Shown here: in pieces, positions 52,961 to 61,958 of the stretch
Layout: each line of letters starts with the position of its first letter
Numbering within the stretch: position 1 is the first letter of the stretch
Notes under the pieces: generated by a model
Databases searched by the model: none
What the model was told of the DNA's origin: nothing
Seen by the model: only the letters and a program-made list of their open reading frames with translations
From: Phycisphaerales bacterium
GTDB lineage: Bacteria; Planctomycetota; Phycisphaerae; Phycisphaerales; SM1A02
Direction: 5' to 3'
Assembly (NCBI GenBank): GCA_044230125.1
Contig: JBGARR010000012.1
Location: 234 to 64,233, forward strand
Length of the DNA stretch: 64,000 nucleotides
Program-made: the position numbers and the translations under genes

Positions 52961-55252
52961 ATGAGCACCCGGATCCACGCCCTGACGATCGCCGCCGCCT
53001 TCCTTCTCTCCGCCGCCAGCACGACCGGCGCGCGGGCGCAAGTGGTTGCCCCCGGGGCCGCCACGCTGCCGCCCGGAGCAGCCCCCCTGCTTCCGCCGGC
53101 ATCCACCGCGCATGCACCGATTCCCCACTACGTGGTCCCCCAGGTGGGACGCGCGGTGGGGATGCCCGCGATCGCGGTGACCGATGTCGCCGCGGTGGTC
53201 GAGATCACCGGCGTCATCGCCACCACCACGCTTGAGGTCGGCGTGCGGAACGTTGCGCAGCGCCCGGAGGAGGCCGTGCTCTTGGTGCCGGTCCCCGCGG
53301 GCGCCACCGTCACGGGCTTCACCTTCCAGGGCAGCGCCTCGGAGTCCACCGCGCGCTTCATGCCCGCGGACGAGGCCCGCCGCACCTACGACAGCATCGT
53401 GGCCAAGGTGCGCGATCCCGCGCTGCTGGAGTGGGCGGGCTGGAACCTGCTTCGCTCCAGCGTCTTTCCCGTCCCGGCGGGCGGGACGCAGCGGGTGCGC
53501 ATCACCTGGGAGGTTTTGCTGGGCGCCGATGGAGACCGACTGGACTACGCACTTCCGCGCAGCGATCTCTCCGGAGGTCCGCCCTGGCAGGTGGAGGTGC
53601 GCGTGCATGCCAAGGACGTCGCCGCGGTCTACTCCCCTTCGCACGAGCTGACCACGACGCGCACCGAGGGGCTGGTGGTCGCGCGCTCCAAGCCGAGCGG
53701 ACCCGGCGCGTTCCGGCTGAGCGTGGTGCGCGCGATCGCCCCGACGGCCAGCGTGCTGGCATACCCGGACCCGGCGGCGGGCGGTGGTTTCTTCATGATG
53801 CTGGTGGCGGCGCCCGCCGCGCAGGCGGGGCCAAAGCTGCACCGCGAAGTGACGCTGGTGCTTGATCGCTCCGGCAGCATGGCGGGGGCGCCCTTCGAGC
53901 GCGCCAAGGCCGCCGCGCTTCGCATCCTGGATGGCATGGACGAGGGGGACAGCGCCAACATCATCGACTTCTCCAACGGCGTCACGCGCTTCGCCGACGC
54001 TCCTGTCGCGCTGAATGCCGCCACGCGCCAGGCGCTGCGCGCCCATGTCGCGGCGCTCCTGCCCAACGGCGGCACCAACATCCATGACGCACTGCTGGAG
54101 GCGCTGCGACAGCCCGCCCCCCCGCCGGGGACGCTGGGCACGGTGCTCTTCGTCACCGATGGAGTGCCCACCATCGGTCGCACGCGCGAAGCGGACATCC
54201 GCGCGCTGGCCGAGCGTGCGAACCCTGCCGCGCGTCGCGTCTTCACCGTTGGGCTTGGCAACGATGTCAACGTGCCGCTGCTGGACCGCATCGCCGACGA
54301 GACGCGCGCCGTCGCCACCTACCTGGACACCGACCAGGACCTGACCACCAAGCTTGCCGAAGTCGGTGAGCGGCTGCGCGGCCCGGTGCTGACCGATGCC
54401 GCGCTGGTGGTGCAGAACTCCTCTGGCGCCGCGACGCCCGGTCGCACCGATGAGGTCCTTCCGCAGCGCCTCCCCGATGTCTTCCGTGGCGGCACGCTGG
54501 TGGTGCTGGGCCGCTACCGGGGCGAGGATCCCTTCACGCTCGCAATCGATGGGCGATCGGCCGCGGGCCCGATGCACCTGGCGGTCGCCGTCGATCCGCG
54601 CCAGGCCAGCACCGCCAACGCCTTCATCCCCCGACTCTGGGCCAGCCGCCGCATCGCGGTGCTGGTGGACGAGATCCGCCAGCAGGGGCTGGACGCGCTG
54701 GGTGCGGCCACGCCCAACGACCCGCGCTGGCGCGAGCTCTCCGGCGAGATCGTGCGCCTGAGCACCACTTACGGCATCCTCACCGAGTACACGGCGATGC
54801 TGGCACTGGAGGGTTCTTCCTTCCACGACATGCGCGCGCTGGAGGCTGGGTGCCTGGCGGCGCTGAATGGCCGCGCGGTCGGCACGCGAACCGGCGGCGC
54901 GGCGGTCAACCAGGGCGTCAACTGGAACCGGCAGAAGCTGGAGTCCGCGCAATCGGCCACCACCAACTTTGTCGACGCCAAGGGGGCGCAGGTGGAGGCG
55001 CGCGCGATGAACCAGTGCGCCGACAAGACCTTCTACCGCGTCGGCCAGGCTTGGGCCGACGCTTCGCTGGCGGGCACCGCCGCCACCGCCCAGGAAGAGG
55101 TCGCCTATGGCTCCGATCGCCACCGCCAGGTGCTGTGGGAACTGGTCGCCGAGGGGCGGCAGTCCGCGCTGGCGCTGGAGGGCGACGTGCTGCTGCAGCA
55201 CCGCGGCCGAACCATCCTTGTCCACAACGGCGCCGCTGGCGCACAACCGTGA
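52961..55252 (+). CDS. secreted VIT domain + von Willebrand factor A (vWA) domain protein
   Basis: ORF 51977..55252 trimmed to the ATG at 52961, which follows ggagg. Signal peptide MSTRIHALTIAAAFLLSAASTTGARA. The VIT-like region reads VTDVAAVVEITGVIATTTLEVGVRN...ARRTYDSIVAKVRDPALLEW. The vWA MIDAS motif reads VTLVLDRSGSMAG with downstream TNIHDAL and FVTDGVPT. Confidence 0.85.
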   Translation: MSTRIHALTIAAAFLLSAASTTGARAQVVAPGAATLPPGAAPLLPPASTAHAPIPHYVVPQVGRAVGMPAIAVTDVAAVVEITGVIATTTLEVGVRNVAQRPEEAVLLVPVPAGATVTGFTFQGSASESTARFMPADEARRTYDSIVAKVRDPALLEWAGWNLLRSSVFPVPAGGTQRVRITWEVLLGADGDRLDYALPRSDLSGGPPWQVEVRVHAKDVAAVYSPSHELTTTRTEGLVVARSKPSGPGAFRLSVVRAIAPTASVLAYPDPAAGGGFFMMLVAAPAAQAGPKLHREVTLVLDRSGSMAGAPFERAKAAALRILDGMDEGDSANIIDFSNGVTRFADAPVALNAATRQALRAHVAALLPNGGTNIHDALLEALRQPAPPPGTLGTVLFVTDGVPTIGRTREADIRALAERANPAARRVFTVGLGNDVNVPLLDRIADETRAVATYLDTDQDLTTKLAEVGERLRGPVLTDAALVVQNSSGAATPGRTDEVLPQRLPDVFRGGTLVVLGRYRGEDPFTLAIDGRSAAGPMHLAVAVDPRQASTANAFIPRLWASRRIAVLVDEIRQQGLDALGAATPNDPRWRELSGEIVRLSTTYGILTEYTAMLALEGSSFHDMRALEAGCLAALNGRAVGTRTGGAAVNQGVNWNRQKLESAQSATTNFVDAKGAQVEARAMNQCADKTFYRVGQAWADASLAGTAATAQEEVAYGSDRHRQVLWELVAEGRQSALALEGDVLLQHRGRTILVHNGAAGAQP

Positions 55253-55301
55253 ACCTGTTGCTCACCGATCTCAAACTCCTCGATTCCGAAAGGACACCGC
55301 C

Positions 55302-56600
55302 ATGAACCGTCTCTCGCCCATCGCATCGCCTTCCCTTCCGCTCGCCGCACTGCTCTGCCTGGCCTGCAGCCACGCCGCCCTTGCCGGGGGAGAGGCGTGC
55401 CGCGCAGCGGCCGCAGCGGAGGAGGCGTGCAAGTCGCAGGCCGCCGCGGCCAGGACCGTCGAGATCGCCATCTGCCTGGACACCAGCGGCAGCATGAACG
55501 GCCTGATCGACTCGGCGCGCGCCAAGATCTGGGACATCGTCAGCGACCTGGCGCGCGCCGCGCCCACCCCCAAGCTGCGCGTGGCGCTCCTGACCTACGG
55601 CAACGACGGCTACACGCAGGAGAGCGGCTGGACCAGCGTCGACTCCAACCTGACCGACGACCTGGACACCGTGAGCATGAAGCTCTTCGCGCTGCACACC
55701 AATGGGGGCACCGAGTTCGTCGGGCGCGCCGTCGACCGCGCCACCCGCGACCTGGCGTGGAGCGGCGGCGAGGCTTCGCTGCGCGTGATCATCATCGCCG
55801 GCAACGAGGGGGCCGACCAGGACCAGCAGGTGAAGTACCAGGACGCCTGCAAGCGCGCGATCGAGAAGGGAATCCTGGTGAACTCGATCTACTGCGGCAA
55901 CGCGGGCGACAACCTGGTGGCCGCCTGGCAGGAGGTGGCGCGGCTGGCCGACGGCCGCTCCGCGTGCATCGACCAGAACAACGGCACCGTGGTGGTCGAG
56001 ACCCCCTTCGACCAGGAACTGGTGGCGCTGAGCGCCTCCCTGAACACCACCTACCTGCCCTACGGCGCCAAGGGCGAATGGAGCGCGGGCAACCAGACCC
56101 AGCAGGACGGCAACGCCTCCAGCCTGGGCGCGGCGGTCAGCGCGCAGCGATGCGTCACCAAGGGCGGCAGCGCCTACACCAACGCGCAATGGGACCTCGT
56201 CGACGCCTGCAAGGCCGCCGACTTCAAGCTTGAGGCGATCGAGGCGAAGGACCTGCCCGAGGCGATGCGCACGATGACCATCGAGCAGCGCCGCGCGCTG
56301 GTCGCGCAGCGCGCCGGCGAGCGCCAGGCGATCCAGGCGAAGATCAAGGAGGCGGACGCCAAGCGCGCCAAGTTCGTCGCCGATGCGATCGCCGCGCGCG
56401 GCGGGGATGCCACCTCCTTCGACCGAGTCATCCGTGACGCCGTGCGTGCGCAGGCTTCGGCGCGCGGATTCACCTTCCCGACCGATGCGGCATCGGCCGC
56501 CGCCGGGACGAATCCCGCAGGTGCGCCCGCAAGCGTTCCCGCCGCCGCCCCCGGCGCAGCGCCTGCGCTGGCCGCCCCCGCACGCCAGGCGGGAGGCTGA
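55302..56600 (+). CDS. secreted vWA domain protein
   Basis: ORF 55107..56600 trimmed to the ATG at 55302, which follows aaagga. Signal peptide MNRLSPIASPSLPLAALLCLACSHAALA. The MIDAS motif reads IAICLDTSGSMNG with downstream GGTEFV and IIIAGNEGAD. The C-terminus is helical and Ala-rich. Confidence 0.8.
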   Translation: MNRLSPIASPSLPLAALLCLACSHAALAGGEACRAAAAAEEACKSQAAAARTVEIAICLDTSGSMNGLIDSARAKIWDIVSDLARAAPTPKLRVALLTYGNDGYTQESGWTSVDSNLTDDLDTVSMKLFALHTNGGTEFVGRAVDRATRDLAWSGGEASLRVIIIAGNEGADQDQQVKYQDACKRAIEKGILVNSIYCGNAGDNLVAAWQEVARLADGRSACIDQNNGTVVVETPFDQELVALSASLNTTYLPYGAKGEWSAGNQTQQDGNASSLGAAVSAQRCVTKGGSAYTNAQWDLVDACKAADFKLEAIEAKDLPEAMRTMTIEQRRALVAQRAGERQAIQAKIKEADAKRAKFVADAIAARGGDATSFDRVIRDAVRAQASARGFTFPTDAASAAAGTNPAGAPASVPAAAPGAAPALAAPARQAGG

Positions 56601-56630
56601 CGGGCGTATCGTGCGCCCAGGAGTCCCAAG

Positions 56631-57338
56631 ATGGCGCCTGTCCGTGTGCTAGTGGTCGAAGATGACACCGCGATCCGCCGCGGCCTGGTCGATGCGCTTG
56701 CCTTCCACGGGTACTTCCCGCTGGAGGCAGGCGACGGCCGGGCCGCGGTGAAGTGCGCCCTTGAGGAGGCACCCGACCTGGTGCTGCTGGACTGCATGCT
56801 GCCGAAGCAGTCGGGCTTCGAGGCGCTGGAGCAGATCCGCCATGCGCGCCCGACGCTGCCGGTGATCATGCTGACCGCACTGGGCTCGGAGAACGACCGC
56901 GTCAACGGGCTGATGCGCGGTGCCGACGACTACATTGTCAAGCCCTTCAGCCTGCGCGAGGTGATGGCCCGCATCGAGGCGGTGCTGCGGCGCAGCCCGG
57001 CGCGCCCCGGCGACGTGGTGGCGCTCAGCGACGGCGCGGTGCGCGTGGACCTGGAGCGGCGCGTGCTGGTGGGGCGCGAAGGCGAGGTGGCCATCTCCGA
57101 ACGCGACGGCTCGATCCTGCGCTACCTGGCGGCGCACCGCTCGCGCGTGGTCGACCGCCGCGAGCTGCTGCAGTCGGTGTGGGGGCTGGATCCGCGCGGC
57201 CTGGAGACGCGCACCGTGGACATGCAGGTGGCGCGGCTGCGCGAGCGCATCAACGCCGCAGGGGCGGGCGTGGAGTGGATCTCGACGGCGCGCGGCAAGG
57301 GGTACCGCCTGGCGCCCGAAGTGACGGTGCAGCCATGA
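56631..57338 (+). CDS. OmpR-family two-component response regulator
   Basis: The receiver domain reads VRVLVVEDDTAIR...DLVLLDCMLP...DDYIVKPF. The winged-helix output reads LLQSVWG...RTVDMQVARLRERI...ISTARGKGYRL. Confidence 0.9.
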   Translation: MAPVRVLVVEDDTAIRRGLVDALAFHGYFPLEAGDGRAAVKCALEEAPDLVLLDCMLPKQSGFEALEQIRHARPTLPVIMLTALGSENDRVNGLMRGADDYIVKPFSLREVMARIEAVLRRSPARPGDVVALSDGAVRVDLERRVLVGREGEVAISERDGSILRYLAAHRSRVVDRRELLQSVWGLDPRGLETRTVDMQVARLRERINAAGAGVEWISTARGKGYRLAPEVTVQP

Positions 57339-59212
57339 AGCGCTCCCGTCGCATCGCGTGGTGGGGCGTCTACATCGCGGGCAGCGCTGCCGTCATCGGT
57401 GCACTGGGCTGGGTGACGACGCGCGTGGTGCACCTGCAGCGCGAGGAGGCGCAGGCGCGCGGCGAGATCCGCCGCCAGGAGCTGGTGCGCCAGGCGCTGT
57501 GGCGGATGGACTCGTGGCTCTCGCCGCGCCTTGCACGCGAGAATGCGCGCACCTGGTTCGAGTACGAGTCCTACTACCCGCAGACGATGGCCTTCAACCG
57601 GCTGCTGCAACCGCTGAACGAAGGGGCCGTGGTGCTGGCCAGCCCGCTGCTGACCTTCCGGAGCGACTTCCTGCCGCTGCACTTCCAGTACCGCGAAGGC
57701 TCTGGATTCACTTCGCCGCAGGTGCCATCGGCGGTCTATTCCAGTGCCGAGCTGAATGGATGCTCGCCCGTGCTGCCCGAGCCCACGCACACGCAGGCGC
57801 TGCAGCGGATGGCGCACGCCACCGATCCCGCCGACCTGCGCGCGCGCCTGGAGCGGGCCGAGGCGCTGCTGGCCGCGGCGCTGGACGAAGGCATGCTGCC
57901 CGCACCGCCCGCGCTGCTGGACGGCAAGAGCGAGCAGGTCGTCCCCCCGGCTGCGCAGCGCACGGCCACCAAGGACCCTGCCGCAGGGGGAAAGATGGCA
58001 CCCGCCACGAAGGCGTGGAGCAAGGCACAGGAAGAGGCGGCATACGACCTGAAGAACAGGCAATCGGCGGGGAACGCGGCGCAGCAGGTCTTCCGCCAGG
58101 AGGCGCAGACCGAGCAGGGACCGGGGGCGGGCACGGCCTCGCAGGCAATGCTGGTCGGCGCGCTCGTTCCGGTCTGGCTGGGCGATCCCCCCGATCAGCT
58201 GCTGCTGGCGCGCCGCGTGCGCACCCAGAAGGAGAGCATGCTGCAAGGTGTGCTGGTGGACTGGCCGAAGCTCCGACAGGAGCTGCTGCACCGGGTGGAG
58301 GACATCATGCCGGGCGCGCAGCTGCGCGCCGTCGCCGCAGGTGCCGAAGTCGACCCCGCGGTCGCGCTGGCGGGGCTACCGGTCGTGCTGGTTCCACCGC
58401 CGAACCTGGGCGAAGATGGCACCCGCACCGCCAGCGCCGGGCTCGTCGGGCTTGGCATCGTGTGGCTGGCGGCGCTGGGCGCGCTGGGCACCACCGGGCT
58501 GGCGCTGCGCTCCACCATCGCCTCGGCGGTGCAGACCAGCCGCTTCGCCAGCAGCGTCACGCACGAACTGCGCACGCCGCTGACCACCTTCCGCCTCTAC
58601 GCCGAAATGCTGGCCGACGGCATGGTGCCCGAAGGGACGCAGCGAAGCGCGTACCTGGACACGCTGCGCGACGAGAGCGTGCGCCTGGGCTTCCTGGTCG
58701 AAAACGTGCTGGCGTGGTCGCGCGTCGAGGAGGGGCGCGCCACGGTGGAAGCGCGGCGCATCAGCGCCGCCGAGCTGGTCAGCGCGGCCGAGGCCGTGCT
58801 GCGCCGGCGCTGCCTGGAGGCGGGGGCGCGCTTCGAGCTGGAGCTTGCGACCGAACCGATCCACACCAACGCGGACGCCGACCGTGTGCGCCAGGTGCTC
58901 TTCAACCTGGTCGACAACGCATGCAAGTACGCAGGCGACGGCGCGACGATTCGGCTGTCGGCGCAGCACAGCGGTGGCAGCCTGGTGCTGGCGGTGGACG
59001 ACGACGGTCCAGGCGTCGCCCCGCGTCTGCAGGGGCGCATCTTCCGCGCCTTTGACCGCGGCGAGCGCGGACCGGGCGATGCGGTCCGCGGGCTGGGGCT
59101 CGGCCTGGCGATCAGCCGCGAACTGGCGCGCAGCCTGGGCGGTGAGCTGCGCTGCGTGCAGAGCCCGCTGGGCGGGGCGCGCTTCGAGCTGGACCTGCCC
59201 GTCACTTCTTAG
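57335..59212 (+). CDS. sensor histidine kinase with a region of about 400 aa between two TM helices
   Basis: ORF 57179..59212 trimmed to the ATG at 57335, which forms an ATGA overlap with the regulator stop. TM1 is IAWWGVYIAGSAAVIGALGWV and TM2 is LVGLGIVWLAALGALGTTGLAL. The H-box is SSVTHELRTPLT, the N-box is LFNLVDNACKYA, and the G-boxes are DDDGPGV and GLGLGLAISREL. Confidence 0.85.
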   Translation: MKRSRRIAWWGVYIAGSAAVIGALGWVTTRVVHLQREEAQARGEIRRQELVRQALWRMDSWLSPRLARENARTWFEYESYYPQTMAFNRLLQPLNEGAVVLASPLLTFRSDFLPLHFQYREGSGFTSPQVPSAVYSSAELNGCSPVLPEPTHTQALQRMAHATDPADLRARLERAEALLAAALDEGMLPAPPALLDGKSEQVVPPAAQRTATKDPAAGGKMAPATKAWSKAQEEAAYDLKNRQSAGNAAQQVFRQEAQTEQGPGAGTASQAMLVGALVPVWLGDPPDQLLLARRVRTQKESMLQGVLVDWPKLRQELLHRVEDIMPGAQLRAVAAGAEVDPAVALAGLPVVLVPPPNLGEDGTRTASAGLVGLGIVWLAALGALGTTGLALRSTIASAVQTSRFASSVTHELRTPLTTFRLYAEMLADGMVPEGTQRSAYLDTLRDESVRLGFLVENVLAWSRVEEGRATVEARRISAAELVSAAEAVLRRRCLEAGARFELELATEPIHTNADADRVRQVLFNLVDNACKYAGDGATIRLSAQHSGGSLVLAVDDDGPGVAPRLQGRIFRAFDRGERGPGDAVRGLGLGLAISRELARSLGGELRCVQSPLGGARFELDLPVTS

Positions 59213-59813
59213 CGGCGGCGGGCTGCGCGGCGGCGGCGGGCTGCGCGGCGGCGGCGCGCGTCAAGGCGAAGGTGGCGGACCCTGCGGGCTTGCCCTCGAT
59301 GATCGATGTCCACGTCGTCTTGGCATGATCGGCGTCGATGAACTCCACCCGCAGCGCGCCCATGTGCATCGCGTTGCGATCGGGCATGTTGGTGGCGTCC
59401 AGCATCTCGAACTCGATCGCGCCCGGCGTGATCTTCGCGGCGCGCAGGCGCGGCTGGTTGCCTGCAGCGCAGTAGTGCGTGCAGAGCAGGCGGTCGCCGT
59501 CCAGGTGGAAGATCGTTTCCATCTCCTCGGGGGTGCCCGCCATGAGCGTCTCCACCAGCACGGTGCCGTTGGCGATGACGCGGTAGCTCACCTTGCCATC
59601 GGGCTTGCCGTCGCCATCGAACTCCGCGTCCCATGTTCCCGCCAGTGACTTCAGCTTCACGAAGGCGTCCGCCGCCGGTGATGGCGCGGGCGGCTTCGGT
59701 GCGTGCTCCGCCGCCGCGTCACGGGGCGCCGCGGGCGCGGCCGGCGGCGGTGCGCTTCCGAGCGCCGACGCGAGTGCGAGCGTGCCCAGGACGGCGAGCG
59801 TGCAGGTGTGCAT
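59202..59813 (-). CDS. secreted protein of unknown function (beta-rich, Ala/Pro-rich N- and C-terminal tails)
   Basis: ORF 59202..59900 trimmed to the ATG at 59813. Signal peptide MHTCTLAVLGTLALASALGSA. The core reads GTWDAEFDGDGKPDGKVSYRVIANGTVLVETL...FHLDGDRLLCTHYCAAGNQPRL. Its 3' end overlaps the kinase gene's 3' end by 11 nt (convergent). Confidence 0.7.
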   Translation of the reverse strand: MHTCTLAVLGTLALASALGSAPPPAAPAAPRDAAAEHAPKPPAPSPAADAFVKLKSLAGTWDAEFDGDGKPDGKVSYRVIANGTVLVETLMAGTPEEMETIFHLDGDRLLCTHYCAAGNQPRLRAAKITPGAIEFEMLDATNMPDRNAMHMGALRVEFIDADHAKTTWTSIIEGKPAGSATFALTRAAAAQPAAAAQPAAAKK

Positions 59814-60026
59814 GCGCACAGGATATCGGCGCGCGATGCTGCGCCCATATCCATTGCTTCCGCGTAACCGCCCCCGATAAGCGCCTTCCCGTGAAAACAA
59901 GGGGCAATCGCGGCCCTTGGGCTATGCATGGCCCGTAGGCGTATGGCACATTCAGTCACCCTTCCGCCAGGGATCCCCTCTCCCGGCGGCGTCTCCCCCT
60001 TGTTCCCAAAGAAAGTGAAACAGAAC

Positions 60027-60704
60027 ATGAGCCAGAAGTTCGCGCTGTTCTTGATCGCCTCTTCGGTGGCCGCGGTCTCCGCTGCCGCCCAGGCCGAGGT
60101 CTTCTCCGCCACGGTCACTGCTGACAACCACTACGCCCTCTATTCATCCACGGGTGAGGCGTTCACCTACCACGGCGGCAACGAGCTTGGCGCCGGCGGT
60201 TCGCAGGGCACCTACAACTGGTCCGTCGCCGAGTCCTACAGCTTCGACGCCGGCGAGTTCATCTACATCGCGGCGTGGTCGGATGACTCCGTGGCGCAGG
60301 GCGTGCTGGCCCAGATGCACTCCGACAGCCTTGGCACCGTCTACAGCGGCGACTCGCGCTGGCAGGTCTACGCCACCAACATCAATCGCGGTGACGGCGA
60401 TCCGCACCCCTCTGCGCTGGAGATCGCGGGCCACGTGGGCACCGCGGACTCGGGCGACCTCTGGGAATCGATCTTCGCGGGCGGCCAGAACGGCGTCGAG
60501 CCATGGGGCACGATCGGCGGAATCTCGGCCAACGCCAACTGGATGTGGAAGAACGTGGAAGGCGACAGCGACCCGCTGCACGGCGGCTCGGGCGCCGGCG
60601 AGATGCTGATCTTCCGCATGGCCAGCTCAGCCACGGTGCCCGCCCCCGGTGCGGCGGCCTTCCTGGGCATGGGCCTGCTGGGCCTGCGCCGCCGGCGCAG
60701 CTGA
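60027..60704 (+). CDS. PEP-CTERM-tagged secreted protein, function unknown
   Basis: ORF 59928..60704 trimmed to the ATG at 60027. Signal peptide MSQKFALFLIASSVAAVSAAAQA. The C-terminus reads VPAPGAAAFLGMGLLGLRRRRS. Confidence 0.8.
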   Translation: MSQKFALFLIASSVAAVSAAAQAEVFSATVTADNHYALYSSTGEAFTYHGGNELGAGGSQGTYNWSVAESYSFDAGEFIYIAAWSDDSVAQGVLAQMHSDSLGTVYSGDSRWQVYATNINRGDGDPHPSALEIAGHVGTADSGDLWESIFAGGQNGVEPWGTIGGISANANWMWKNVEGDSDPLHGGSGAGEMLIFRMASSATVPAPGAAAFLGMGLLGLRRRRS

Positions 60705-60717
60705 TCCGCGGGACGCA

Positions 60718-61929
60718 TCAGGCGTGAAACAGGCGCCCGCAGGCTTCGGCCTGCAGGCGCCTACTTCCTGTGCGCCGAGCCGCGCGCTCAGGGCGCCGGA
60801 GCGTGAACCGCTGCCGGCTCGGGCTGGCCACCGGGGCAGGCGCGGGAAGGGTGAAGCCCGCGACCGGCCGGCCCGCGACAAAGGCCTCGACGGCCGCGTC
60901 CAGCTCCGCCGGCCGGTCATCCATGACGAAGTGCCGCGTGCCCTGGAAGGTGACCAGCTGCACGTTCGGCGGCGCGTCGGCGAACTGCGTCGCCACCAGC
61001 TTCGAGATCGCCTCCATCATCGCGGGTCCGCCGTCGTTGGAAACGGCGCTGATGGTGACCAGGGGGATCTTGATCGACTTCACCTGGGGGCGCAGGTCCG
61101 AGCACATCAGCTCGGTCATGTACTCCACTGTGGTGGCGCGCGGCACCGCGGTGCACATGGCGGCCAGCTCGATGGCGCGCGCGGGATCCGTCACCAGGAA
61201 ACTGACTGACCGCTGCTGCCCCGCGGCCCACTGCTCGTCGGCCATCTGGCTGGTGGCCGCCACCATCGAGCGCGCGCGCATCGCGCGCACCTCGGCGGAG
61301 TCCGGCTGCCCCGGCTGCGGCGGCGGGAAGAGCGGCAGGCCGTCGATCGAGAAGGCGCCGCGCAAGCGATCGCCGTGATGGAGGGCCATGCGCGTCGCCA
61401 AGTGGCCGCCCAGCGAGTGCCCCGCCACGATCGGCTTGTTCAGCTTGCGTTCCTCGATCAACTTCAGCACCGCCGCCTCGGCGTTCAGCAGCCAGCGCCC
61501 CTCGGAAGCCACGGCGGCCGCGTCGAGCGCCGGCGCCGTGCTGCCGCCGAAACCTGGCAGCGTCACCGCGTACATGTGGTACTTCGAAGCGTTTCTGGTC
61601 ATGAATGCGTCATAGACGCGCCAGTCGCAGCTGAGGCCGGGAATCAGGATCATGTCCACGGGTCCGGTGCCGCGCTCCTCGACATGCGCCAACGTGGCGG
61701 GGGCTGCCGTCGGCTTTGCGGCGGGGGCGGCTGGTGCCGTGGCGGACGCCGCAGGTGCGGCAGGCGCCGCTGGTGCGGCAGGCGCTGTGGCGGGCGCCGC
61801 AGGTGCGGCGGCGGGCGCCTGCGCCTTCGGAGCGGCTTGCCCATGTGCGGACGTGGGGTACGGCGCGGCGGCCATCATGGGCAGCGCGATCAGCAGCGCT
61901 GTCACGGAGGAGGAGGGCATCTTCATGGC
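60718..61929 (-). CDS. secreted alpha/beta-hydrolase fold protein with Ala/Pro-rich linker
   Basis: ORF 60718..62187 trimmed to the ATG at 61929. Signal peptide MKMPSSSVTALLIALPMMAAAP. An AP-rich linker of about 50 aa follows. MILIPGLSCDWRVYD and the nucleophile elbow VAGHSLGGHLA are present. Confidence 0.8.
   Translation of the reverse strand, partial: AMKMPSSSVTALLIALPMMAAAPYPTSAHGQAAPKAQAPAAAPAAPATAPAAPAAPAAPAASATAPAAPAAKPTAAPATLAHVEERGTGPVDMILIPGLSCDWRVYDAFMTRNASKYHMYAVTLPGFGGSTAPALDAAAVASEGRWLLNAEAAVLKLIEERKLNKPIVAGHSLGGHLATRMALHHGDRLRGAFSIDGLPLFPPPQPGQPDSAEVRAMRARSMVAATSQMADEQWAAGQQRSVSFLVTDPARAIELAAMCTAVPRATTVEYMTELMCSDLRPQVKSIKIPLVTISAVSNDGGPAMMEAISKLVATQFADAPPNVQLVTFQGTRHFVMDDRPAELDAAVEAFVAGRPVAGFTLPAPAPVASPSRQRFTLRRPERAARRTGSRRLQAEACGRLFHA
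60731..60762. terminator. hairpin downstream of the PEP-CTERM gene, embedded in the 3' tail of the convergent ORF
   Basis: aggcgcccgcaggc (60731-60744), loop ttcg, then gcctgcaggcgcct (60749-60762). 13 of 14 positions pair. It starts 27 nt after the stop at 60704. Confidence 0.45.
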
Positions 61930-61958
61930 CGCGAATCGTATCGAAGGTCCGGCCGCCC

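Noticed and set aside
51968-55252. Two overlapping ORFs of about 1090 aa on opposite strands (51968..55246 minus and 51977..55252 plus) that could be read as giant genes.
   Set aside because: Only the last 276 codons of the minus ORF (the VOC protein) have protein-like composition, motifs and a signal or RBS context. The same is true of only the last 763 codons of the plus ORF (VIT-vWA). The remaining parts are Arg/Gly/Ala/Pro-rich mirror frames of each other, typical of high-GC DNA.
59212-59256. An 18-nt tandem duplication (gcggcggcgggctgcgcg, two copies plus a partial third).
   Set aside because: It lies in the coding 3' end of the minus-strand gene, encoding AAAQPAAAAQPAAA, so it is a low-complexity Ala-rich tail rather than a regulatory repeat. 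I note it only as a possible slippage site.
61690-61850. A GC-rich imperfect DNA repeat (gcaggtgcggc/gctggtgcggc variants).
   Set aside because: It encodes the Ala/Pro-rich linker (APAAPAAPAAPA...) between the signal peptide and the hydrolase domain. It is a compositional feature and not a separate element.
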